64,000 nt of DNA from Vicugna vicugna (taxonomy: Eukaryota), in contig MU058009.1 in assembly GCA_013265495.1 (NCBI GenBank), positions 1,056,001 through 1,120,000 of the forward strand, written 5' to 3'. Within the stretch, counting starts at the first letter, position 1. The number at the start of each line of letters is the position of its first letter. Shown in pieces: positions 1 through 12,439 of this stretch. The position numbers were made by a program, and so were the translations under genes. The notes below the pieces were generated by a model. The model worked only from the letters and a program-made list of their open reading frames with translations. It ran no database searches and had not been told where the DNA came from.

Positions 1-224
1 CAATTACAAACTTATTTGTAAGAAAACGCATTGACAGTGTCATAGTCCTGCCTGTCGGAGTCCTAATTCTCATCGTCAAGAGCAGGCTCTTGCACTGGGT
101 GGAAGCTTCAAAAAATTAGTTGAGTGGTGGAATTGATGATGGGGTGCAACCTAATATATAATAGTGGAGGAATAATTAGGTACATTATAGTATATCCGGA
201 TAATTAAATATAATCATTAAAATC

Positions 225-576
225 AACATTTTGAAGAATTCTAAATGGGAAAAAAACTATCAATGTAACATTTTTAAGAAACAAGCTATGAATGATACTT
301 CAAGTACTACAATATATGTACCTATATTGCAAATATATACAGACATATAATCAGAGAGAAATCTGTTTCCTGGAGTTGGAATTATGGAGAATTATCATTT
401 CTTGATAGTACTGTATTTAAGTTTTCACAAAAAGCTTTTACAACATTAAATTAAAAAAAAAAACCAGACAGAATAATCTGAAAAGATTCATGCTAAAAAG
501 TGAATAGTGATTATCTCTAGATGGTAAGATGTTTTTACTTCTTGTCAATTTTCTATTGTAAGCCTGTATTTTTTAA
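225..576 (+). mobile_element. Old L1 (L1ME-like) 3' UTR fragments
   Basis: A-rich degenerate sequence with L1ME 3'-end-like phrases (aatagtgattatctctagatggtaagat; ctggagttggaattatggagaatt). Confidence 0.5.
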
Positions 577-713
577 TTTTTTTTTTTTTTAGTTTTTTTG
601 AGAGGTGGATATTTGGTTTACTGTTAATTTAGACTTAGAGGAGGTGCTGGGGATTGAACGCAGGACCTCGTGCATGCTAAGCATGTGCCCTACCCTAAAC
701 TATCCCCTCTCCC
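577..713 (-). mobile_element. tRNA-Ala-derived SINE (camelid Vic-1-like)
   Basis: The reverse complement reads ...gcacatgcttagcatgcacgaggtcctgcgttcaatccccagcacctcc..., which resembles the tRNA-Ala(AGC) body with a B-box, followed by a tail and poly(A) (T-run 577-590). Imperfect TSD gcctgt..tttttaa at 560-576 and 714-732. Confidence 0.9.
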
Positions 714-1039
714 ATGCCTGTGTTATTTTTAATCAGAAAAGATGTTCATATTCTATTCTACATGTGTTCTTATTCTATTAATAAGAAGCAGAGGTTATCA
801 ATCAACAGCATGAAAAGGTCAACAGTGAAACTTAGAACTAATGGACATCACGAAGTCAAGGTTAGAGACAGGTGTGCAGCAAGGTGGTCGATTGCATCAA
901 TGGCCTCAATTCTTCACGCCTTCCCTTATCTGTTGCCCCTGCTACGGGACTTTTAGTGCCCTTCCGCACTGACTCTGGGCTTGGGCAAAGACCTGCCTTG
1001 GTCAGTGGGCTTTGCAAATAGGATCTAAGCAGAGTTTGA

Positions 1040-1323
1040 GGTGGGTGTGTACTGTGGGGCCAGTTTTCCCCCATGACCCCACCATGAGGACATTTTCCAT
1101 CTGTCCTGCTGGCGATGAGAGACCCCGTGGTCACCTTTGTGACCTTAGCTCACCAGCAACTAACTGCTAGACATGAGGGTGACCTCAGCCAGGACCAGAC
1201 CCACCCAGCCGGTCCAGCCACAGCGCTGACGCAAAGCCGCGAGCTTAACAAATGCTACTGCAATCCACTGAGTCCTGGGGTAGACGGTTACACGGCATTA
1301 TTATGACAATAGATTCTGATTCA
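1040..1323 (+). mobile_element. MaLR LTR fragment (MLT1 family)
   Basis: Ends in ccactgagtcctggggtagacggttacacggcattattatgacaatagattctgattca, matching the MLT1 3' terminus pattern. Confidence 0.65.
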
Positions 1324-1979
1324 ACGGGGTGTGATGACTACTAGTTGATTAGAAGTCACAACAGAAACCCCTGCTTCACTGCAAAGATACTCATCCCATT
1401 AGGACTCACTGAGGGCAGCATTGCTCAAATGCCATTCTCTCCAGTCGGTTTGTAGTCCACCAAGTGCACAGCTTTATTTTCTGGGGGGAAATGCCCTTAA
1501 TAAAATACTCAAGCACTCAAGTTCCTGGAAAGATTTCCATACCCATCCCCCCCATAGGTATTAATACACTGACGTTCAGATTAATTTATCAATCTCCTAG
1601 AAGTTTAGTTAGCATTAAAATGTCCCCATCAAACTGGGGCAAAGACAAGCTGCACTCTGGGAGCTGGGAGCTGGGGTCGATCTGGGCGGCGTACCAGCGC
1701 CCTGGCATTGGACAGGGCTTCCCAGCAAAGCCAAGCCTAATTTTCTCTGGCTGTTGCTATGTTCTTTTCAGAATCCTTTAACCTTCAACACCAAACATTA
1801 AACTGAGTGTGTGAATCAGAGAAGTACCAAAATTTAAAGGTAGAAATCCACTGCTTATGAACTCATTAAACATCATTAAGTTTCTCTCCAAACACTGTTT
1901 CGGGGAAAAGGACCTTGTCAGTCTGATGGGCATGTCAGGCTGTCAGAGACTGAAGTCATCATCTATTTGAATTACAAAA

Positions 1980-2190
1980 GTAATGATAAAAATGTCCACT
2001 CACTGAGCATCTAAAATGTATCAATATTGCGCTATTCTCTTCACACAGTAACGTCCTAAGAACCCTGTAAGGGAAGTGTCATTCCTTCCATGTTGCAGGA
2101 ATGTAAAACAAATACGCTATCTGAGGTTTAGAGAGGCTGATCCCTGGCAGAGGCGGGGCTCACACCACGCTCCGGGACTGGACCCCCTGC
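1980..2190 (-). mobile_element. MIR SINE
   Basis: Degenerate MIR phrases: cactgagcatct, aagaaccctgtaaggga, ctgaggtttagagagg. Confidence 0.55.
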
Positions 2191-4184
2191 TAACCTGCCC
2201 CGATCCTGCTGCTTCCTGTGACTGCCTTACTGTGAGCAGACACGCTGGTCTCCACGTATCTTGTATCTTGGAAGTCACACATTTAACCTTGTAAATCAAC
2301 GGACTGGCATTCTGATTTTAAAATGAGGTTTAATTTCTAATTAGCCCAGTTCTCTCCTGCACAGTCTCTTTCATTTGACACACCGTAAGGGCTTTAGACT
2401 TGCCTTTCATAGATATCCAATAAACTTAAAACACTCCAAAATATATACATTCTCACCAGGCAATCTGCAGTCACTTTAATGTGGCTTAAAGGACTGTGAA
2501 CTTCCTTCATCTGCAGCTTAACATACGGTACCTTCTGATTCTGTTAGTATAATGTGATAATTACAAATGTACACGATTTAATTATAATGTTTATCATGCT
2601 GTTTGTGGGCTCGTGAACAAGGAACATGATCCCCATATAGTTAATAAGCCTTATTCTGCATCAGAGCAAACCCCACCCTCCCTGTGTCCCCTCCCCCTCC
2701 CCCTCTCCCGCCTGGGCCAGCCTCCTGGTGGAATGGATCCCAGTGCACATGTTGCCCGGTGGACCGCTCCCTTCTCCTTCCTGCCAAGCCTCCTACACAG
2801 TGAGCCGTGTCTTGGAAAGATTTTAATAAACAAATCACATTAAGCTATTCACTTACAGCAGCTTAAAATCTTACTCTTTTCGGATTACATAGGCTTTAAT
2901 AGGGGCTCTGATAAATCAACTTAAAAAATAAAAGTGAAGTGAAAGCTTACAAGTTGAAATCTTATCAGAAGTGAGCCTTTTTCCAGTGCTCCTCAGCTGA
3001 CATTACAGAGGTCCCGTTTCCCGCGGTGGTACCGCCTTTTCTTCCATCCAGAGCGGTGAGTCATGTGAAGGCTGCAAAAATCATGCTTTTCCAAAGCCAT
3101 GAAAAACCAAACTTGAAGCTCAGAAGGGTAGATTACAGTTTAAGTGCTTTACCACAATTTTATTTTCTGCAACAACATTTTGGTTTGACTCAGGCAAGGT
3201 CTGCACTTGCCTACTTTAAGATACTGAGAGAAAAACAAGAGTGGTAACTACAGTTTATTATGACGACAATAGCACCCAATTAAGTGAATGAAAAAGACTG
3301 AGTTCGCATGTGCTCAGTGCTCCGTCTCTGCACAGGAAAAGATGCGAGGCAGGTAACAGACCATCAATTGCTAAATGCATAAATGAGTGAATATTTGCAG
3401 ACACACAGACTGCACATTCACATTCCATGCATACAAACACAATCACATACATTCACTGCACAGACACACACAGATAGACACACATACTTAACACAGAAGC
3501 AAAGTCATTTTCTGAGATTCGGGGAACATTTTCAGGCATCGTGCTTACCATTCGCTACGTAAGTTTTGCCTTTCTGAAAGGTCCCAGCAAGGGGACAAAA
3601 TAATGCCGACTCTTTTCCCTCCTTCAAGAAATTTTAAATCTGATCAATTGGCAGGTTGATGGGTCTATTTATTTAAGAAACTTTAATCACCTAAACGTTT
3701 GCCCTAGTTACTATTTAACAATCTTAAATCTTGAGGAAATTGTGGTGACCCAAAGACCTCTCCGAGAAATGAGTTCTGGCATAGGTCTGGTCCCCCTAGG
3801 TTTCTCTTCGTGAAAAGATGAACAAGTCTCTAACCTTCTTTTCCAAGAGCCTCAAGTCAACCAGACACAGAACTCACCTGTCCCCATAATTCTGGATCTA
3901 GAGGTATTTCTAGAATTAGGAACATGGGGAAGTGGTACGGAAAGAGGTGGAGAGTTAAGAAGAACTTCAGTGCCCCGGATGTCTTCATACCACTTCAGGA
4001 TTACTAATTTGAAGCAGTACCAACCACTAAACCCTCTAGCTTAAATTATTATTCTATTTAGATGAGTGTCTAGCACAGACCTAGGATAGCAGACAATAGA
4101 ATTTCATGAATTAGCCCTTATTTACATAATTCCCTAGAGAACGTATTTGACTAATACTGGAAACTGTGGGAGAAACATCATTTT

Positions 4185-4330
4185 ATTCGTTCTCCACTCA
4201 ACAAATGTTTATTGAGCACTTACTGCACGCCAAACACTGTTCTAGTTTCCATGGATAGAACTGTTAACAAAACAGCATCCAAAAATCCCATTGACATTAA
4301 ACTTATATTTCATTGACAGAAATTAAACAG
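4185..4330 (-). mobile_element. L2 3' end
   Basis: caacaaatgtttattgagcacttactgcacgccaaacactgttctag is the classic reverse-complement L2 tail. Confidence 0.8.
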
Positions 4331-5529
4331 ACATTAAAAACAAAGACAAATAAACAATTAGACAAATAAACAAGGCTATGCGATCCATTCCCTGCCCTGC
4401 CGCCTGGCAGGTGATAGGTGACATATGGAGTTGAAGGCTGAGGAGTTTTTTGGTAGCAGCTTTAAAACACGTGCAATTCTTTCAGTAGACCAGAGACACA
4501 GGTTACCTGCTGAGGAGGTTCAGCATGCACGGCAGCGGCATGGGGGTGCTGGCCGAGGGAATCCATGGAAGTGAGGCGCTGCCTCTTCTCTCCCTCCCGT
4601 AGGCTGGTTTGAGAGGTACCAGTGTTTGTGCTTCTCTGCTAAGGGTGCTTCAAAGCGGGAGTGTGGCTCTTTGGCGGGCTGGGAGTCCTGCCTGTCCTGT
4701 CTGCAGGCGCAGTGCAAACCAAATGAAAGTCAGCCGCATTTTGATGAAGGCTGCCAAGAAAGCTGTGAGCCGAGCTGCTCGTCATAGCGTCCTCTTTGTT
4801 GGGTTTATTTCTGTTGTAAGGCATAGCTGTGTCTGGCAGGAGCCTGCAGGCTCCCCACAGGGGGACAGAATCAGTCCCTGTTTCTCTCCTCGTGAGCAAA
4901 GCAGCCCTGCAGAGCAGGTAAGCTTTCACAGGGCGGTTACTGCCTCTGCCCAGTCACCTCTAGGTTAGTCTTCAGTCTTCAAGAGGATGCTTCATAAACC
5001 CACCTCAAGGCTGTTAGAAAAAAAGGTGACATAGATGAGTGAGTATGAGGAATGAAGATGGTCATCTGCAAATGGAACCCAGCAGGTCAGGTTAACAGAA
5101 AGCCTGTGCTTGCACATGAATGTAGGTGGATTCCTGGGACTTCAGCCACATGGCTCAGTTCACAGCAGTCCATAGTTCAAAAGTTTAATGTAAAAGGATG
5201 AAGTGAATGCAATTTGTTCTAAATTGCTTTGTTTGAGTCAAGAGAATTATTCCTCACTTCAACCTATGTTTGAAAGTAGAGAAAGGCAAAAAAAAAAAAA
5301 AAAGGGCATGGTTTCCTTTGAACTTCAGGAAGGAGTTCATTACAGAGTCAACCAAAATTGACTCTACTTAGATCACCTCCTCTGGACAATTACCTTAAAA
5401 CTAGGCTTCCCCTCGTGGTTTCATTACACAGAAAACATTGTCTGATGATGCCAGCTAACGGAGCTTAAATGTGACTACTTATAGACAAGAAGTTGTTGAT
5501 TTTCATTGCCTTTATATATTTTCAGAAAC

Positions 5530-6950
5530 CTTTTTTAATGCATCACACTAAGATTAAAGGAGAAAAAAAAATCATGATTATATTAGGTAGAAAAATAATT
5601 TGAGGAAACACATTACCTATTCATAACAGTTTCTAAAAATTAGGAAAAGAAGAAAACATATTTTTACAAAATGAATCTACCAATACTTACCACAAACGTC
5701 ATATTAAATTTTCAAAAAGCAGAAGCATTTCTGCCAAAGTCAGGAAAAGTCGGGGCTATAGACTAGTCTCACCTATTCACCTCTCTCCAACATTATGCTG
5801 GAAATCATGAACAATTCAATAAGACAAGAAAAGCAAACTGTATAAAGAAGGAAATAAACTGAATTATTATTTTAATGGGTTATATTCTAATCCACATAAT
5901 ATGCAAAATAACTTATAAAATGTTTAAATTAAGAGAATTCAGTAAGACTGCTGTCAATCTCAAAACTGATAACATCTCTATTCACTGAAGACAACCAACT
6001 AGAAATGATTATTTTAAGAAAATGGGAATCATTTACTGTAAAACTAAAACTGTAAGATAGCTAAGAAACCATCAAACAAAAGCAGTGTGAGACCTGTGAA
6101 AGAAAAAAAAATTGTATTAAAGATAATTAAAGAACAAAACAAGAGCAGCTATAGCCCATATTTATAAATAGAAAGATTCATAAAATTAAACCAAATTTTA
6201 AAAAAATCTCAATCATAATCCTGGCATGATTGTTTCTAAAATTCATATGGAATAATAAGAATTAGGAATTAACATGGCAATTTTGAAGAAAAAAGGAAAT
6301 GAAATTTACTCTACCAGACATATAATAAAGCTATAAATAGCTAAAGTATGGTGATCTGGGTTCATAAATATTCATTTAGGTTAAGAGGACAGACTAGAAA
6401 GCTGATAACTCTCAATGTTTATATGGGGATTTATGTAAGAAAGAGGAGACTATGCATATTATGGAAAAAAATAGCTATAACTATTTAATACTTTCACTGA
6501 GTCAATTAGCTAACCATGTTAAAAGAAAGAAAGTAAAATTATATCTCTACTTCCCACCAAACCCCAAAACAATTCCATATTTATTACAGATCTAAGCATG
6601 AAAAGCAAAACTTAGAATCTTTAATGGAAAAAATGAGTTTATGTCCATAGTATTAGAGTAAGAAAACATTTCCTAAAATACATAAGCTAATACATAATAA
6701 AGGAAAAGACAGACACATGTAACCACCCTAGAATGAAAAATACAAGCTCTTAATGACGACAGTATAAATAGTCTTAAAAAACAAAGTACAACTGGAAAAG
6801 TGACATTTACTTTATATATTACTAATAAGTGTAAATATTTTGAATATATAAAGAGCTTACTGAAAATCAACAACAATAACAAAAAATACGAGCTACCAAA
6901 TAGAAAAGATGTCAAAAGTTTCAAACCTGCAGTTTTCAGGTTGGATATCT
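5530..6950 (+). mobile_element. Old L1 (L1ME-like) ORF2 remnant
   Basis: A-rich and colinear with L1 ORF2 from the RT region to near its end (agaagcatttctgccaaagtcagga; ttctaaaattcatatggaa; ctctaccagacat), heavily degraded. Confidence 0.8.
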
Positions 6951-6957
6951 GAAAGGC

Positions 6958-6990
<33 letters not shown>

Positions 6991-6999
6991 TATATATAT
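6958..6999. repeat. Compound (TA)n(CA)n(TA)n microsatellite
   Basis: Directly visible. Confidence 0.95.
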
Positions 7000-7014
7000 G
7001 ACCTTCTGTTTATT

Positions 7015-7770
7015 AGACAGTCTGATATGTACAAATGTTAGTTGTAACAGATTAGTTAAACAAAACCATGCCCCAACAATAGAATTTGCATTTGATGTGC
7101 TGTGGCATATTAACTGTGAGTACCAACCACACTGCCAGCTCTCAGTCCACAAATCGCTATGCAAATAACATGCTCAACATAATTCATGACAGCTATGTTT
7201 CTTCTTTCAGGTTGTGATTCATCCATCATTGAACATCTGGTATTTAGTTCACATGCAGACAGCAATGCATTTAGTTGTGTTACTTCTTTGTCTCTTAGAA
7301 ATAGCACTGCGCAACATCTTAGAAAAATGAATATATGAAAGAGGGAAATTGACCAACACAGATGAAAGTGTAGCAAAAAAAATAAATAAATAAGAAAAGT
7401 AATTACACTGGAAGTGAGGTTAGAATCAAATGTAAACAGAGCTATAGAGCAACGAGCCGGCCACAGGAAATCTGACACAGCCACCACTTGCTAGACTCTA
7501 ATATGATGCCAGAGGAACTTTGTGAAGGCAAACTTACCCATGGGAATGAGAAGCATGTTATAAAGAAAAGGGTGCAGATACTACAGAGGAAGTGATATGT
7601 GCAAAAAACCTTCACAACAAAGGGAACACTCAGAGATAGTCATACTTTTATGATAATAAAAATGTAAAGAATAAAATGATGAAAGTTTAAAAACTTTCAA
7701 ATGTTGAAATAAAATGTTGAACTTAGAAAGGAGTACGACAACCTGGTAAGGCACAGAAAACATACTCTCT
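7015..7770 (+). mobile_element. TcMar-Tigger non-autonomous DNA transposon (MER82-like), right end missing
   Basis: gatgaaagtgtagc...ctggaagtgagg...gccagaggaactttgtgaaggcaaactta...acttagaaaggagtacgaca resembles the MER82/Tigger consensus. It is cut off by L1 at about 7770. Confidence 0.7.
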
Positions 7771-9205
7771 CTTTCAAAAAAATTGAAGAGGAAGGACTAC
7801 TTCCTCTCGTTCTTGGAAGCCAGTATTATTTCAATCCCAAAACCAAAGAAACTATGAGAAAAGAAAATTACAGACAAATGTTCTGTATGAACATAGATAT
7901 AAAAATTCTCAATAAAGCACTTGCAAGCATAATTCAGTAAGATATTAAAAGGATTATACATCATGACCAAGGGAATTTATTTCTGGAATGCAAGAATAGT
8001 TCAATATATGAAAATTGATCAAAGTAATACACCACATCAATAGAAGGGGAAAAGTGATCATCTCAATTAATGCAGAAAAAAAAACTGACAAAATTCAATA
8101 CTCTGTCATTATAAAAACACTCAAACTTGAAATAGAAGGAAACTACACGGCATAATAAAAGCCACGTATGAAAATCCCACAGTGAACGTCACACTCGATG
8201 GTGAAGGATTGAAAGATTTCCTCTAACGCAGTAACAAAGCAAAGATCTCGGCTTTCGCTGCTTCTATTCAACACAGTACTGAAAGTTCTAGCCAGAACAA
8301 TTATTCAAGAAAAAGAACTAAAAGGCATCAGGATTTGAAAGGAAGAAGTAAAATTACCTCTGTTTGCAGATGGTATAATCTTGTATGTAGAAAACCCTGA
8401 AGATTCCACAAAAGAGCGATTAGAATAAATGAATTCAGCAAAGTAGCAGGATGCAAAGTCAACATACTATAGTAAGTTGCATTTTTACACACCATAAACA
8501 ACCTGAAAATGAAATTATAAGAAAACAACTTCATTTACAATAACAACAAAAAGAATAAAATACTTGGGAATTACCTTTATCAAAGAGGTGAAAGATGTAT
8601 GCAACAAAATTATAAGAAACTGATGAAAGAAACTGAAATACAAACAAATGGCAAGCTATCGTATATCCATGGGTTGGAAGAATTAATACTGTTAAAATGT
8701 CAATATTATCCAAAACAATCTATAGATTCAATGTAATCCCCATGAAAATCCCAATGATATGTTTTGCAGGAGTAGAAAAATTCATCCTAAAACGTACATG
8801 GAATCTCAAGGGATCCTGAATAGCCAAAACGACCTTGAAAAAGAGCAAACTTGCAGGACTTATACTTTCTGATTTCAAAATGTACTGCAATGCTATGATA
8901 ATCCAACCCAAGCAGGTGACATTGGCATAAGATAGATATGGAACAGAATACCGAAACCGGAAACAAATTCTTGCACACGTAATCGAATGATTTTTGACAA
9001 GGGTGTCAAAGCCACTCAATGGGGTAAGAACAGCCTTTTCAACAAACTGTGAATAGACACATGCGAAAGAATGAAGCTGGACCTTTACCTAACATCACAT
9101 ATAAACTGACTTTACTTCAATAAAAAATAAATTAACTAAAAATGGAACAAGTACCTACATATAACGCTTAAAATGACAAAACTCTTAGAAGACAATTTAA
9201 GACCA
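7771..9205 (+). mobile_element. L1 ORF2 remnant (RT domain), disabled
   Basis: Encodes degenerate NYR..MNID.KILNK, IHHDQ, LFADGII (8360-8380, equivalent to LFADDMI) and IYRFNVIP, with stops and frameshifts. Confidence 0.95.
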
Positions 9206-9219
9206 AACGTCCCAACACT

Positions 9220-10914
9220 GGATTTAACACTCAGAAAGAAATCAAACAGTCCAATTAAAAAATGGCCGGAAGACCTAAACAGACACTTCATCAGAGAAGA
9301 CACGCAGAAGGCAAATAAGTACATGAAAAGATGTTCAGCATCATTTGTCACTAGAGAAGTGCAAATTAAAACCACAATGAGATACCATTACACAGAAAGC
9401 TGACAATACCAATTGTTGCCAACGATGTAGAGCAACAGGAACTCTCATTCATTGCTGGAGGGAATGCAAAATGGTGCAGCACCGTGGCAGACTGTTTGGA
9501 AGTTTTCTACAAAGCTAAACATATTACTATACAATCCAGCAAGTGTGCTTCTAAGTATTTACCCAACTAATTTGAAAACATATCCATATAAAAACCTGCG
9601 TATCAATATTTATTACATTTTTCCCATAATTTCCCCAAACTGGAAGCAACCAAGATGTCCTGAACAGGTAGATGGCTGAACAAATTGTGAATCTTAAGTG
9701 CATGTTATTAAGTGAAATGTCAGTTTTAAAAGTCTACATACTTCATGATTCTATTTATATGAAACTCTGGCATAGGCAAAACTATTGAAATGGTAAACCA
9801 AATAGTGGTTGCTGGGAGTTTAGGGGAAGGTTTAGGGCTAAGGAGATGAAGATCAGGAGATTTTTGTAGGGTGGAGAAACTATTTTCCTTGATACCCTAA
9901 TGGTAGACACATGACACGCTGTGCTTGTTCAAACTTATTCAACTTAATTCTATAAAGAGTGAAGCTCAATGTACACACGTTTTTTAAACAATCACTTAGA
10001 ATGTTGGAGAATCTCAGGATGGAACACAGACTGTGAGTTTTGAGACGTCTAAGGTATTACAAATGTTTGAAACATCCATACTGGAGGGATTGGCAGGGAA
10101 AGGGGCTGAGCAAAGTAACTTTGGAAACAAGTGGCACCTGTGATACACGTGACAAAAAGGACTGGTTATACTGATGTCTTCTAGTTGATAAAAGTGTTTT
10201 TCTTTTTCCTCTCATGAGGTTACAGGTTAACAATTCTGAAAAGTCTACAGTAATTGCACAACTAAGTATAGTATAGGGATCCAGGTTTCTTGCTGTTGGA
10301 GCTGGCAGTTACAGAATAAACAGGTAAGAAAAGGGAGAAGGCTAGAATAGCCCATGTGTTAATGGGTTTCTGTTGGAGACATTAACGTCCACCAATGTTT
10401 AACTTAATGTAGATACAGACAGATACACGAGCAAATGCATATGGAAATATGTGTACGTGGAGGGCTAGTACATACACATAGATTCCCCAGCTCCGTCAGC
10501 TGACCTTCCGCCCATTTTTTTAAAATTGATGGTACCCCAGTAAAGGGCAAAATCAGTGCCTGGATCTTGTTTTCTAACACCAGTCTCCCATAAAAGGGAC
10601 AGGGCTTTTGGATAAATGGCTCCTTCCAGGACCAGGCACGAAACATACGAGATGAGCCTGGAGCATGCCGCAGTGCCAGCGAGTAAGGAAGTGCTCAGAG
10701 CAAATGAGCAAAGAGGAAAGCAAAAATAACACAGGAATAGGGGACTGTCACCGGGACACAGAAGCCAAATAAGACAGCTCCCAAAGGCTGAAGCTGGAAC
10801 AAGTCGAGTCATAAAATAAATAACGTACCATTGGACTGCAACTCAAGCATGAATAATTATCCATGAGTCCAGACTGATGTAAATAATTGAATAAAAATAC
10901 GTGGGAGAAGAGAG
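9220..10914 (+). mobile_element. L1MC-like ORF2 end and 3' UTR, first half
   Basis: The ORF track shows [32 protein letters not shown] (L1 ORF2 C-terminus). The long 3' UTR contains gatgagcctggagcat...gtaaggaagtgctc...ccatgagtccagactgat, typical of L1MC3/4. Confidence 0.85.
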
Positions 10915-10929
10915 TGCACCAGCAGCTTC

Positions 10930-12130
10930 TCGGTGATGCTAGCTGCTTCTCCTTTTTGTCCCCCCTTTTCAACTATGAATTAGGCACTCATCCATGAACA
11001 CACTTGCCTACGTGGTGATCGCAGGATTCTGCACCGCACATCAAGGGCCCCAGGAGGAGTCTCGCCCACGTGTGCCTCTGGTAACAGGCAGAGACACCTC
11101 AGTATGGACTGCGGGTCCACTGGAGCGGCCACCCTGCCTGAACTCCTTTCTCTGTGGCTGGGAGAAGTCCTGCAGGGTCCTGACCTGGGTGGACACCCAC
11201 AGATAAGAGAAAAATTGAAGAAATCTATCCTTTCTCAGGGAAGATTCCAGAACATCGGAACACCAATGACAAACAAAACAAACAAACAAATTTGGACGCC
11301 CCAGAAGTGGTAAGAATAAAATGTATCAGCATTGCCTACCCCCTCCTCCAAAAGCAGCACTGCCCGGGGCTGAACTTTCCAGCTGGGTGACTTCTCCCAC
11401 AGGGGAAACGGTGGGGCGTTCTCAACAACTCCAGGGCTGTGGATGCAGCAGGAGACACATTTCTCTCAAGCAGCCCTCAGAGTACAGAGGGGGCACCTCT
11501 GTGACTGGGAGAAGAGGGGGAAGTCAGCAAAGCAGCAGACAAGACTATCAAAGCGCATCAAAGGGATGCGGGTCCTGCTGACTGTGCTCCGCAGGCAGTC
11601 CTCCCATGGGGCTCTGGGGGTTCCACACGTGGGGCTCTCTCTACTAGGTCTACAGGCACCCACAATGCCTTGAGTGCTAAACCTACACCTCCCCAACCTG
11701 CAGCTGTCCCCTTGGGCATGCTCCTGAACGTGGTGGTGAGTGTGAGCTCCAGCGGACAGGGACTGAGCTTACAAAACAGGGTCAGTGGGCAGAGGGGAAG
11801 CCACAAACTTGAGCTGTGGTGCCACCTTCTGGAAAACAAATGGTTCCAGTAGCCAGCCTGGTGAATGGTGAAAATCAGAGAAGACATACAAGCTTAAGAA
11901 TCCTGCCACAAGAGCGAGCAAGAAGAGTGGGGTAGCTGTACCCCTACAGAGGTGGGGAAAGCTCCACATAATAACGGTGCTGACAAGCAGAGCGCCCAGC
12001 CTGAAGGCAACTAGAACAGACTTAAGGGGGTGTCAGCTACTTTCAATGCAAAGCAGTGATATCCTCTGCAGACAGCTTGAGAATTCTAGCGAGCCCCAGG
12101 TGTGAGTAACCCACCCGCCCATAATGCCTG
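10930..12130 (+). mobile_element. L1 5' UTR-like GC-richer segment
   Basis: Composition shift and phrases resembling old L1M 5' ends. It lies upstream of an L1 inter-ORF/ORF2 start. Confidence 0.45.
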
Positions 12131-12139
12131 TGGGACAGG

Positions 12140-12400
12140 AGCTGTGTTTTATTTCTCTACGTACCCCTAGCACCCAGCAGAGAATACTTTCTGGGATGCT
12201 CAGAATGCATTCATGGTTGAAAACACAGTGTTACTGAAGAATTTTTAGTTGCAGATGAACATACTAAAAATCTCCTTTGGGAAGATTTAGAAACTTGATT
12301 GATGATGATGGTGAGTAGATAAGGAATTTAGAGAAGAGAGCTAGCTGAATGGGTGGAAGCGATTGAAGAAGGTTTCGTAGAACAGGTAGGACCTGGCTTT
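12140..12400. mobile_element. Degenerate L2-like fragments
   Basis: tctctacgtacccctagcacccagcagag resembles an L2 tail (+); gaagaaggtttcgtagaacaggtaggacctgg resembles reverse-strand L2. Confidence 0.4.
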
Positions 12401-12439
12401 AAAAAAAAAACAAAAACAGAGGACTGTTCTATCTATGCA

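Noticed and set aside
640..713. tRNA-Ala gene on the minus strand
   Set aside because: The D-arm/A-box and acceptor stem are degenerate, and it carries a SINE tail, poly(A) and TSD.
6673..7164. 163-aa minus-strand ORF
   Set aside because: Spans an L1 remnant, a microsatellite (YIYIYI) and a DNA transposon, so it is a chance ORF in T-rich sequence.
9173..9403. ORF with recognisable protein similarity
   Set aside because: It is a fragment of dead L1 ORF2, not a host gene.
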